Source: Pseudovirgaria hyperparasitica
Taxonomy: Eukaryota
Reading direction: 5' to 3' (one strand)
DNA length: 55,810 nt
Assembly: GCA_010093815.1 (NCBI GenBank)
Contig: ML996572.1
Part shown: in pieces, positions 27,826 to 38,456 of the stretch
Numbering within the stretch: position 1 is the stretch's first letter
How the letters are laid out: each line of letters opens with the position of its first letter
The notes under the pieces: model-generated
Told to the model about the DNA's origin: nothing
What the model saw: only the letters and a program-made list of their open reading frames with translations
Database searches by the model: none
Position numbers and translations under genes: made by a program

Positions 27826-30360
27826 TCAACGAGCGATGATGACTTGAAACCCATCAAGCCACTGCCCGCAAGATCCAGAGATCCCGACGATGTTGTATGA
27901 TCGAGGTGGAATCAGTAACTGCCTGTTGGATAGTCAGTGCGCTGTGCTCTTATGAGATGGAAGGACACAGGCTTACCCACTACCGCCATCAGGTCGCCCG
28001 AACACTTCGCTCTTCCTTCCAAGACTGGTGAGAATCTGGATCGCGTCGATCCAAAGTCCCGTTCGCATATAGAACCCTAGTAGCAGCTCCCCTTTGCGTG
28101 TGTCCAGAAGGAAATCTGACCCGCCAAGTTTACCCCCTCGCTTCCCGAACAGCTGACTGGCTCCGTCTTCGTAGAAAAATTCTATACCGTCGACCGCAAA
28201 GCCAGAGTAGACACGGATAGCTGTCATGAGCTTAGTCTGTACCATAGCACTATCCAGTATCACCTCGTGCGGCTCAGACCCTTCCATTTGAGAGTACCCT
28301 AGCTTACCGCCTCTATATCCGTAACGACCATCCCAAAGCTTGATTCGAGACGTCTTTGGGTTCAGTAACACACTGAAATCCTCGATGATATGCTTGCACT
28401 GACCAGCTGAATACATGGCGAGTTTCAGCTTCCTTTTCCGCAAATACTCCGGTAGAAGATTACGAAGATCTGCTTCTGTCAAGGACAACTGCCGTGGCAG
28501 TCCATCTCTCGATGCTCCATCTATACGCGGTCCCACATAGTCAATCCAGTGCTTGCATACATCGTCACCCTCGGTGTAGATCTCGATGAAGGTAATGCCA
28601 GTCGAAGCTGTGACCATGACAATGCTGTCTCCTGACCAAACTTGTATGCTTCCATCTTCCCTGAGTGGCTGATCGCTCTCATGTCTGAAACAAGGGTGGA
28701 ACCGAAACCGAAGACAGTCTAGTCTGTGCCATCCACATTCGTCCTGCTGGGAGCAGATTTGGCCGCGCGAGTTGGTCCTTGTTGAGTATGGCTCCCTGCA
28801 GGTAAAGGTACGATTGAGCTTGGTATATTCCCTAAGCATAACGCCGGTTTCCTGATGAGGACAGCCGAATAAATGCCCAACCTCGTGCATGTGAGCTCCG
28901 ATACCAACATTAGCCGACTCCCAGTTACTCCCGGCCTCGTTGCAGTCGTTTGCAACGTAATTTGTATCCGTCTTTGTACAGTCGGAGAAAGCAGTTCCTA
29001 CTTCTTCCAGACATGCAGGGTAGCTTTGGAGAGCGTGTGATCCGAAAATGGCAAGCTGAAGATTGCCGACACTTCCCCCAAGAGCAGCATGACCGCGGAT
29101 AGTTTGAACTTCTTTGTCCCAATGCGAGTCAAGGAACATGGCTGCAACGTATTGCGTCTGGCCATTCGGGATGCTGAAATAAGCTCGTATCGCGTCGGCG
29201 GCAATCCCGTATAAGTCACCCTTGTTCTTTGCGCCGTCATACTGCTGCGCAATATCAAGATCTCTTATTTCAGCTACAGTCTTTCCTGACCTTATGACGT
29301 GCACTTTCGCTTCACTGCGCATGATGTGTGATTTCCAGTCTTGACCCGAGAGGGAGCCTTGTTGCCACTCCTCTTCAAATCGGAAGCATCTCCTCCCAAA
29401 CCCATTTCTATTCATTTGTTCGCCAGTGAAAGCTTGCCATAGGTATGCTGCCATCTTGTATTTGCGAACCGCCGTATATATCCCATTGCCCTCTTTCGCA
29501 ACGCGTTCAGGCACCGCATCGTATGTGAACGGTGAGTCCTTTCCGACAATTATAGCTAGTTGGAGAGGTGGTGAGGATGTGAGTGGAAGATAGTTGATGT
29601 TGATGAAGCTGGAATGCACAGGAGTGGACGTGTTGCTCTGAGGGATCTTGGGAGAATAAAAGTCGAATCGAAGCCTGTTAGGCCCAGGCTGCAAATACAC
29701 AAGTGATTTGAACTGTGATTCACATACCTGCCAGGAAGTAGGCGCAGTAGAGTCGTTGTGATGGTTGACTACGACTGTGCCATCCAGGGGTCTCGAAGGT
29801 GGGTCGCCGATATGCCCTGAAACGAGTAAAATCTTTTGGTTGACCTGACTCCATCTTAGCTAAATACCGGTTTATACGCTGAAGATTTTGATTACCCAGC
29901 TATTACTTGTTATGGACGTCACGCGCGGCGCAAATGGAGATGTAGTAGTAGGGCTTCTTACACTTTCGAAAGGTAACGTAAAGGAGCCCTATCGGCAACC
30001 TTTCGTTAGTCCATGTCTAAGTACATGGCTCGGTAGGTGTCTGTCACTCACATTGATGCTATATCTCTTGCTTGGTATTTGCGGTCTCGATGGTACAATC
30101 GGCACCCCACTGCCATTGCTGTTGAGCTTGAGGTTGAACGATGAATCCTCGGATGGCACTGTACTTGGCGGGGTGGATGTACCACCGTATGCGGAGTTCA
30201 GTGTAGACGTAGAATGATTGTTATAGAGCAGCTTCGGCGGTGCTGAGACATTGCCATTTTGAGGTCTGCCATTAGCCTTGGTTGCGTTGTTTGCGGATCG
30301 TGACTTTTCTGATCGAAAACTCTTGGACCGATTCTGTATGTCTTTTAGAAAAGACGACAT
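27826..30360 (-). CDS. Putative zinc metallopeptidase with C-terminal jacalin-like lectin domain (YIL108W-like)
   Basis: Exons 30360-30052, 29988-29896, 29844-27977, 27922-27826. HEVGHLFGCPH zinc-binding motif and C-terminal jacalin-type beta-prism (IRVYSGFAVDGIEF, GLWIDAIQILTS). Confidence 0.88.
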
Positions 30361-30929
30361 AATACCGATTACGCGGAAGTATACGGCGGGGAGAACAATT
30401 GGGTGTAGTGTTGTTCTTAGGTAGTGACTGGGTATGACATCAAAGCACCGGATCATTGATATGCAACATCAACGTCAAGTATAAGAGACAAGGTCGAAGG
30501 ATTAAGGGCCAAGAATGCGCCATTAGAAGATGTGCAAGAAGGACGAGTACGGGTGGACTCTAGCGGCGAGGTGTAAGTCCTGGAGTAGAAAAATAGCAAG
30601 GAAGAGGGAAGCTGCATCCATGAATGCAGACCTGACAGAAAAATATACCTACCTAGGTAAGTACCTCATGCCCATGCAGAACGACGGCAAGCCCGAGTGA
30701 AGTGACGGGTAAACGTGCCTAGGTGGTGCAAGCGGGTGTTAAAAGGACCTCATGATGCCGAGTCCCATGTCCAGTAGGCCAATTAGCATAATTCAGATCT
30801 TAGGTGGACATCGACTGGTAAGAGCTATCTATTATTCGAGGCCATGAAAGAGGTCCAGTATAACCGGAATGCGGAACTTAACGGTGATGACCGCTATTGA
30901 TGCTGTGGGTTACCTCGTAGTTACATTGG

Positions 30930-31170
30930 TAGTAGCGTAGTTTTATATAATAATAAAGTTGATATAATAGCTGGTTATAGAAGTAGTTAGAATTCTATTA
31001 TAAACTAAGGCTATAGTATCTCTATCTAAAGCTCTAGACTATTTTATATAGATCTACTTTATCTTATCTAATATAAGTAATCTAATTAATCGGATTAAGA
31101 CTATACTGTCTTAGTAATTGTTTTTAATGCGTAGATCCATGATTAAGGTTATATCCTATATCAAAATTTA
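30930..31170. mobile_element. Short RIP-like AT-rich relic
   Basis: Abrupt ~240-bp TpA-rich, CpA/TpG-poor patch in an otherwise GC-balanced intergenic region. Confidence 0.35.
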
Positions 31171-32072
31171 AGCTCGGATTGAGCTATGGATTCGGATTAC
31201 AGGTGCCCACGTCTGACTGAGCCTTTGGGCAGACCGGATCTCGATATCGACGTATAGAAGGCAAAATACCAGGAGAGTATCTTGCTAAAGACTCCACTAA
31301 TCTTGAAGAAGCTAGAGTTCCGTCAATTAACGGCGCGTGACGCGCGTCTGGACTTCTGGGCGCGTAGACCAGCAATCAGACACCTATTGGCCCTTGTCAT
31401 CCACAGCTCAGCAGCATCCATTCTTAGTAGCATCTATTATCAGCAGCAAATCTGCCCTTCCCGACAGTCTCGTAATGAGGCAAGCGACTTATCGCGAGCC
31501 TGACGTACTGCAGTTCAGGCGGTCTAACTTTGTCATGTGCAGCTCTGGCAAGGTTAGCAAGGAATGGGCGTGTGGGAGCGATTCGTTGCGTTTGGTGGGC
31601 TCAGGTAGATCACAAAGGAGGCCGAGCAAAGTCCAGCGAATTTATTCATTCTATAGTATTGCCAAACGAGCCGCATTTTCTTACTCGCTCATTGCTTTGA
31701 TCATGAGATCATAGCAGCGGAACGCCTTGCTTGTTACTGATAATTTAGCCAGCTTAGTTGCCGAGACCTGCAAGCCTGATATGTTTCTATGTGCAATGCC
31801 ATAGCCGGCAAAACCACCTGCTCCCAGATTTGGCCTCGTATATAGCCATGCTCATGGTGAGTCCACTCTACATGCATGGGGAGGAAAGGTCGTCATAGAC
31901 GAAACACATCTTTAAAGAAACGTACACAGTAAATCAGTTCTCCCAGTTCCGTCCAATACATCAGGATTCCCCCTATCTTTGCTAGGCTGAGCAATAGACT
32001 TCGATCAAAGTTTAACATGATGTGGTCATCAATCATGATTCGGCATTAGGATGGCAATAAGCCTGCACTGCA

Positions 32073-33309
32073 TTAATTCACCGGCAGTCTTCCGCCTAGG
32101 TCCATACTTAGGCCTTCAGTTATGCCGCTGGTGTTTCGTTCCACGGATGGACTGGGAGGCATAATACCATCATAGTTGAGGCATCGACGGGCTTCCCGTG
32201 TAGTATTAGGTGTTTTGTCAATTTTGGGGGTACGTGCCCAAGTACGACCGAGCTGACCAGGACTCGGAGTTACGTTGATGAAGTCGGCGAAATTTATGTT
32301 TGCTCCAGGAGTCATGAAGCCAAACCCGCTAAGATTACTTCCACCTCCTCCTCCGCCGCCTGCTCCCGGGGTAGACATCATAGACGATGGAAGAGGCGTG
32401 ATTCTCGGTGGAGGGGTCGACGGTGCCATCGTAACGCGGTTACGTCTTTCTGACTGGTTCTGGGAGGGAGATGTAGCAAGATAAACAAGCAGATTGGCAT
32501 CTTCCTCGCCTTTTGGGGTATTCCTTGAGGGACTGAATGGATCATTGCGTCCGATACCGGGTCCGGCCAGCGCTCGCGGAGGGGTACGAGGGCTGCGTGG
32601 CGGCGGGGACGACTGTATGTTTGATGCGATCTGGAAGGAATGCAGAGGCAAGTCTTCATCATCATCCTCTGACATGACAGGTGAAGTCGGTTCATGCGGG
32701 GCTGTAGAGAACTCTGGTACAAAAGACAGGCTGGGGCCGTGTCTGGAGGATGGAAAATAGGTATGGCGGCGGTTATAGACCGGTGATGACTCGGGTAATC
32801 GATGAAGACTCTTCCATGATTGTACTGTCGTTGTTGGGTGTCGCGTCTTGACCCGGGTGTGATTGCTCGACCCAGGGTACTTGGCTTGCTGGATTTGACG
32901 ACGTTTGGAGACTCGAAAACTCCTAACAGTTCGTTCGTTTTGATCAGAGAAGAGAGGTGCAGCGAGAGGGGAAGAATCTAATCGACTAGCTGGGCGAGAC
33001 CCAGAGACAATCGAAGAAGTGTCCGAGAAAGCATCGTTACTCGATCCTGGGCGTTTGCGTTTCAGTTCCATATCAATCTTCGGCTCAATGGTGTCTATGC
33101 TGAGATTTTCCCATCCGTGTTTCGTTTTGACATTAGCGAGAGCAAGTCGACTCTGGAGGGCTCTGGTCATCTGTGTTGTTATACATTAGTAGTCTTCAGA
33201 TCTGTGATTGTCGATGGGCTTGTTGTACCTTGGACACTTGGGCTCTTCTCAGCACTTTGCTGGCCACCTCCGCAGGTTGCTCCATGCGTTCGACGATTGC
33301 AGTAGCCAT
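32073..33309 (-). CDS. Stb1/Whi5-family G1/S transcription regulator
   Basis: Exons 33309-33229 and 33170-32073. LQSRLALANVKTKHGW resembles the Whi5/Stb1 GTB motif, EDANLLVYLATSP and FADFINVTPSP resemble Stb1 motifs, and there are many SP/TP CDK sites. Family recognised from memory. Confidence 0.72.
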
Positions 33310-33538
33310 GATTCCTAGTAGAACAGTCGTGGGCCTGCTGGCGCTAGTGTAATGAAACCCAAGAGCGAATGAGGGGGTTCTTTCGTAAGAGCTTCTTCAG
33401 TTTGGAAATGCGAACGTCTTCACAGATGTTGGTAATAGCTGAGCTTCCTCGGGATCAAGGCAAAACCACCAGGGCTGTTACCCAGGTAGCGGTCTTGGCA
33501 TTAACGGCATAAGAGAGGATACGAGGTATTATCAACTA

Positions 33539-34084
33539 CAGTCACTAGTAAAAAAAAGGGTCCAACGGGCCATTTGCCACTAAAACTCATCTACTTTAGA
33601 TAGAATTATCTAAATATTTAGAGAGATAAGTAGTATTAAATTTTTTATAGATTTAGTTTAATATTTAAAGTTTAAGTATATATATCTTATATAATTACTA
33701 GTTAACTTTTTACTAAATTCTCTAGATTTTAAAATATAGATATCTAGCCTTATATATAAGATAAAATTTAAATCTAAAATATAGGTTCTAGATATATTAT
33801 AGTATACTAAAAGCTTATTAAATAATATTTTAAAATTTATATATACTTAATTAATTATAGCTAAAAGAATTCTTTAATCTATCTTTAACTTAAAACCTTA
33901 ATTATATAAGATATTATAGGAATTTTAAAGTTTTAATTATATAGCTTTAAAGATTATACTAATAATAAGTATATCTAGAGTTTCTAGCTATAGTTATATA
34001 TCTAGTTATAGAGTAATCTTAGCTTAAAATAGGTAAGTTTTAGTAGAAAATGGTCTATAGAACTCTTTTTTTAATCTAGTACTA
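33539..34084. mobile_element. RIPed non-autonomous Tc1/mariner-type element (MITE-like), ~546 bp
   Basis: Imperfect ~60-bp terminal inverted repeats: CAGTCACTAGTAAAAAAAAGGGTCCAACGGGCCATTT.. versus ..AAATGGTCTATAGAACTCTTTTTTTAATCTAGTACTA. Flanked by TA at 33537-38 and 34085-86. CAGT terminus. Confidence 0.7.
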
Positions 34085-34308
34085 TATATATATATATAAC
34101 TATTAATAGATTAGTTAACTAAATAGTATATAGATCTATTATAAACGGTATAGAAGGTAGCTTAAGTACTATATATAACTTAAGAATAGAGTTATTAAAT
34201 AGTAGTATAGCTAGAGAGAATAATAGAGTATACTTAATTCTATTATAGAAAAGTTTACTACTATTCTCTAATAGTATAATTCTATAAATATAAAAATATA
34301 TTAAAAGT

Positions 34309-34397
34309 AAAAACTTCTTTATACTTACTAAGAGACTAACTTAGTTAATTAAGAGTAATAAATAATTTTTATACCTTAATTAATGGAGTATACTAAG

Positions 34398-34452
<55 letters not shown>

Positions 34453-34453
34453 T
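34309..34453 (+). repeat. Repeat A copy 1 (~95-nt unit plus long (AAT)n tail)
   Basis: Aligns end to end with 37343-37440 and 46386-46494 (AAAACTTCTTT...AAGAG.C.AA...GAGTATAC..AGTA). Followed by about 18 AAT units. Confidence 0.8.
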
Positions 34454-34665
34454 AATAAATACTAGTTCTAATTCTAATTAGTATATTTTAATATATTAAT
34501 TTAGTAGATTAATAAGTTAGCTATATGCTTAGTATAGAGTTATAGGTATAGCTAGAATACGCCCTAGCCTATACTGGAAAGGCTTAATCTACTACCGCTA
34601 ACATCATATAAAGTACCGCCTGTCCCCCCAATACAGCTCAGCGTTCCAACCCCACCTTGCAACAT

Positions 34666-34744
34666 ACACACTACAGATTTCGCTTCTTCCATAACACACT
34701 ACAGATCTCGCTTCTTCTACGACATATCATAGATCTCGCTTCTC
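34666..34744 (+). repeat. Three tandem 28-bp repeats in the leader of the orphan gene
   Basis: ACACACTACAGAT(T/C)TCGCTTCTTC at 34666, 34694 and a diverged copy at 34722. Confidence 0.75.
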
Positions 34745-34825
34745 TAGCCTACGTTCTTGTAAGTATAGTGCCCATGACTATCATTAGTATAGTGTAGTAT
34801 TGAGTTTCTAACATGATGCCCTAGC

Positions 34826-35206
34826 ATGTCATACACAGTGCCCCCAAACTCGTATTTGGCTGCTGACGGCCGCGTCTATTCCAACGACCATTTATACGTT
34901 CTCGAGAACAACCGTTGGGTCCCCTGCACGCAATCAGGAGCCAATAGCGCATCAACGCAGCCATCTGGAACTGTGGTCGGGACTGTTTCTGCTCAAGACA
35001 TTGCTGCAGCCATACAGGCGCAGTGGGAAGGTTCAGTGGCTGCCACACAGATGTCACCGCATCAAACACCTGGACTGAACTGGCGGCCAACAGGGGAGCC
35101 AGCCGTGCCAGCTTTTGATCTCGATCCAAGCATTCGAGCGGCCAAAGATCCTTGGAACAAAGCTTTCGTTGCATCCTTTGATAGCTTAACAGGTCGCAAA
35201 GCCTAG
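34826..35206 (+). CDS. Small orphan protein (126 aa) of unknown function
   Basis: Intact un-RIPed ORF. Preceded by a TATA-like CATATAAA (~34606) and a canonical 5'UTR intron 34759-34824 (GTAAGT..CTAAC..CTAG) ending 1 nt before the ATG. Confidence 0.6.
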   Translation: MSYTVPPNSYLAADGRVYSNDHLYVLENNRWVPCTQSGANSASTQPSGTVVGTVSAQDIAAAIQAQWEGSVAATQMSPHQTPGLNWRPTGEPAVPAFDLDPSIRAAKDPWNKAFVASFDSLTGRKA

Positions 35207-36104
35207 GAAGTTATGCCTAGAGCGGTCGACCTAATCAGCATGTACTCGCCTAGAGTCGTGACTCTCGGTCGCCTATGAGTTTCAAGAGTTGTTAGCTATT
35301 CAAAAAGTCGAACAAATCCTCTCTCTCTGTCAAATTATAAATCAATCAATCGTTCCATGAGTTGTTCATCCAATTAATATTCATAGTATTGTTTCGCTAC
35401 GAATAAGGTCGTCAGAAGACTGGGATGCCAAATCGAGATCACTTTGCATCCCGCTGTTCTAAGACTGCCGAAGACTAGTAACCCAAATCCGATTCAACCA
35501 CTCTTGTTTGAAGTAAAGACATCAGTTACAGGACAGCGTGGTTAAGCCGCAAGTATGTCCAGCACACCATGACACGGCTCACGCAGATGTTACAGGACAT
35601 GTTCGAACACCTCTCGCGATATCTCCAATGGCTATCATGGCGCCATAAGGCCGTAGAGCGGTTACTGAAACGACGCGCTATTCGAGGAAATAGTGGGTAA
35701 TCTTATGCGCGTTTCGCCGATCATCTCTGGGCGTTTATATTGAGACTTTCGTTGGTTCTTAGCCTGCGTAGATACACCACAGCCAACGCAGCCATGCGGC
35801 GCACGTTGCTGCGCTCTCCTCTGTTTTTCAGTAGGTTCTCGTAGATGCTTGAAAGGCGCCTCGACAGGCGCCTCGAACTGGCATCCTACGATTCGCTATG
35901 CTATGTTATGCCGCTTAAATTTCGCCAGTATTCCCTCTGTTGCGAAAAATTATATGTGTAAAATGGGAACCCCAATGGACTCGGGCGATTGCGTATGAAC
36001 CATCAAGATCTTCTCGCCCTTCATTTGTTATATTACCTCATTTGTAGCTGATTTCGCTGCAGATAATACGAGTCTAGGCCTCGGCACACCGAAGCAAGCT
36101 GAAG

Positions 36105-37109
36105 ATGTCATCGTAAGCTAGAGTCTACGTCGTGCCACATCTGTCTTCTGACTTAGCCAAACTCAGCCATCAGCAGCACCACCAGCACCACCAGCACCAC
36201 CAGCACCACCAGCAGCAGCACCACCAGCACCACCAGCAGCAACAGCACCAGCACCACCAGCAGCACCAGCAGCACCACCAGCACCAGCAGCAACAGCACC
36301 AGCATCTCACCCCTGCTCAGCTTGCAGCCTATTATCCCCCGAATCCTGGAATTCCTGCCTTTACACCTCATTTCTGGACACCATCAACCCTTGCGTATAA
36401 AGAGATTGGCAGAATTTATGCTAAAGGAGCGACTTACACACAAGAAGATGTTGTGTGGAATGCATGGACAGCAATTCTTAATATCTACTTTCCCTCCCAA
36501 GAGGATGTGAACGGTGTGACTTGGGCTGTCCGCCGAGAAGCATACAGAGGAATGGGCCAGACACCTTCACAGATCAGGCCAGATGTGATAGCAGTGAAAC
36601 TAACGTCCTCTCCAACGACACCTGGCCAGCCCCCTCAGGATTCGGAAAGAGATTACCTATGGGTGGAGTGTAAAGCTGCAAGTCATGACACGCCGCACGG
36701 ATGGAAAGATCTCATGATAGAGACAGTGGCACGACTTAGCCACGCTCATGCTACGCGGCCTTTGAACTTCATACTCGCCGTGGGATGGAAATGTATGTTT
36801 TTTGCCTGGGACCCTGCGAATACCCAACAGCAACGGTTACAGTACCACATCTGGAAGGCGGACAGAGTTGGAACGTGGCCTGTGGATACCCGCGTCAGAG
36901 CGTTCAGATCCTTTCCTTGGGTCGACGCCATTAGGGGGTATATTACCGTAGAAAAGGCGATTGAACTTGATTCCTGGAGCCTCGCTCCCCCCTTTGCTGG
37001 AGCAAATGTACTAAAAAATGGGAATAACCTAGGTCTGGTTGAGATTCTTCTTCTTACAATCCGAGGAATGCCATATCATTTACATGGTACTAATCCAGTT
37101 CAGTTTTAG
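36105..37109 (+). CDS. His/Gln-rich N-terminus plus PD-(D/E)xK restriction-endonuclease-like domain protein (316 aa)
   Basis: Exons 36105-36112 (ATGTCATC) and 36167-37109 via intron GTAAGC..CTGAC..CAG. ~46-residue H/Q tract, then QEDVVWNAW..ILNIYFP, IRPDVIAVK and YLWVECKAA in the order E..PD..ExK. Fold assignment is inferred from motifs. Confidence 0.7.
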
Positions 37110-37342
37110 TAGTCGCTACTATATATAACTCTAGTACTAGCTTAAGTTCAAAGATATTTACATAGATATAGCTTACTAGTTACTTTCTTACTTCTTATAT
37201 ATTATAGTAAGCTATTCTTAGATAAGTACTTATATAAAAGACGTAAGTTACTTTTCTACTAACTTAGTAAATATTTATAATAATAATAATAATATTAGTA
37301 TTTAACTAGAAAGAACTATATATATAGCTATATATATATTCT

Positions 37343-37440
37343 AAAAAAACTTCTTTATACTCTAAGAGACTAAACTAGTTAATTTAGTGTAATATAGTAA
37401 TCTATATATATTAATTAATAGAGTATACTAAGTATAATAA
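37343..37440 (+). repeat. Repeat A copy 2 (short tail)
   Basis: AAAAAAACTTCTTTATACTCTAAGAGACTAAACTAGTT...GAGTATACTAAGTATAATAA aligns with the copies at 34309 and 46386. Confidence 0.78.
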
Positions 37441-37457
37441 TCTCTAATATATATAGT

Positions 37458-37535
37458 ATAATAATAATAATATTATATAACTAGGTAGAGTAGTTTACTC
37501 TATAGATATATACCTTCTCTAGTCTAAGTATTATA
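37458..37535 (-). mobile_element. 5'-truncated 3'-end fragment of the same LINE family as 46372-51668
   Basis: Reverse complement of 51588-51668 (CTTAGACTAGA..GTAGAGTA..CTACTCTACCTAGTTATA.AATATTATTATT), including the tail. Confidence 0.8.
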
Positions 37536-37740
37536 GATAGTATTATTAAGTCTTAGTTAAGTATTAATTAATTTTTATAATAAGACTAACTATAGAATCT
37601 ATCTTATCTATCTAGAATCTAGTATCTCTAGTTTCTACTATTATTTATCTTCTTATTACCTTCTATAATAGCTACTAGAGATAATTTAAAATAATAAGTA
37701 ATTTAAAATAATAATTTTTTCCTATAATAAAGTTTCTCTT

Positions 37741-37867
37741 AGAGTATTAGTATCTATTATTAGAGTATTAGTAGTATTAGTAATAGTAATACTCGCGATA
37801 TCTATAACATCTATAAGATTCTTATTTATAGTATCTATAATATCTATAAGATTCTTATTTATAGTAT

Positions 37868-37941
<74 letters not shown>

Positions 37942-37997
37942 ATACTTGCAATATCTAGATTCTTATTTATAGTATTAGTAGTAGTAGTAGTAGTAGT
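37741..37997 (+). pseudogene. RIP-converted His/Gln-rich coding tract; the (TAG)n run is probably former (CAG)n
   Basis: In one frame the tract reads tag tat tag taa tag taa tac tcg cga tat cta taa cat cta taa gat tct tat tta tag.. and de-RIPs to QHQQQQHSRHLQHLQDSHLQ..Qn. One CAT codon survives. Confidence 0.5.
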
Positions 37998-38003
37998 ATA
38001 TTA

Positions 38004-38456
38004 GAAAAGATACAGCGCTCCTAAGTACTTCTAAGTACTCTCTAAGTATTCTTTTATTCTATTATATCTATTAGATAGACCTACTTACTATCTATTCTAA
38101 CGGGATAGCTTTATATAATTTATACTACTAGTAGGAAAGATATAGTGCTCCTAAGTACTCTTAAGTACTCTCTAAGTATTCCTTCATTCTATTATATCTA
38201 TTAGATAGATCTACTTACTATCTATTCTAACGGGACGGCTTTATATAATTTATACTAAGTATTCTATTTATACTAAATGTTTTATTTATACTAAACGTCC
38301 CGTTTATACTAAACGTTCTATTTATACTAAACGTTCTATTTATACTAAACGTCCTATTTATACTAAATATACTAGTTATACTAAACATTCTATTTATACT
38401 AAATATACTAGTTATACCGAACGTCCCGTTTATACTAAACGTACTATTTATACTAA
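38004..38456. repeat. Tandem array: two 130-bp units followed by about 11-12 18-bp units
   Basis: GAAAAGATACAGCGCTCCTAAGTAC.. at 38004 and ~38134, then TTTATACTAAACGTYCYR repeats 38249-38456. Confidence 0.8.

Noticed and set aside
35854..35877. Direct repeat AGGCGCCTCGA x2 upstream of the nuclease-like gene
   Set aside because: Could be a transcription-factor site pair but is too short to support a call.
38249..38456. Regular short repeats resembling a CRISPR array
   Set aside because: Eukaryotic DNA, contiguous tandem units without unique spacers, no cas genes.
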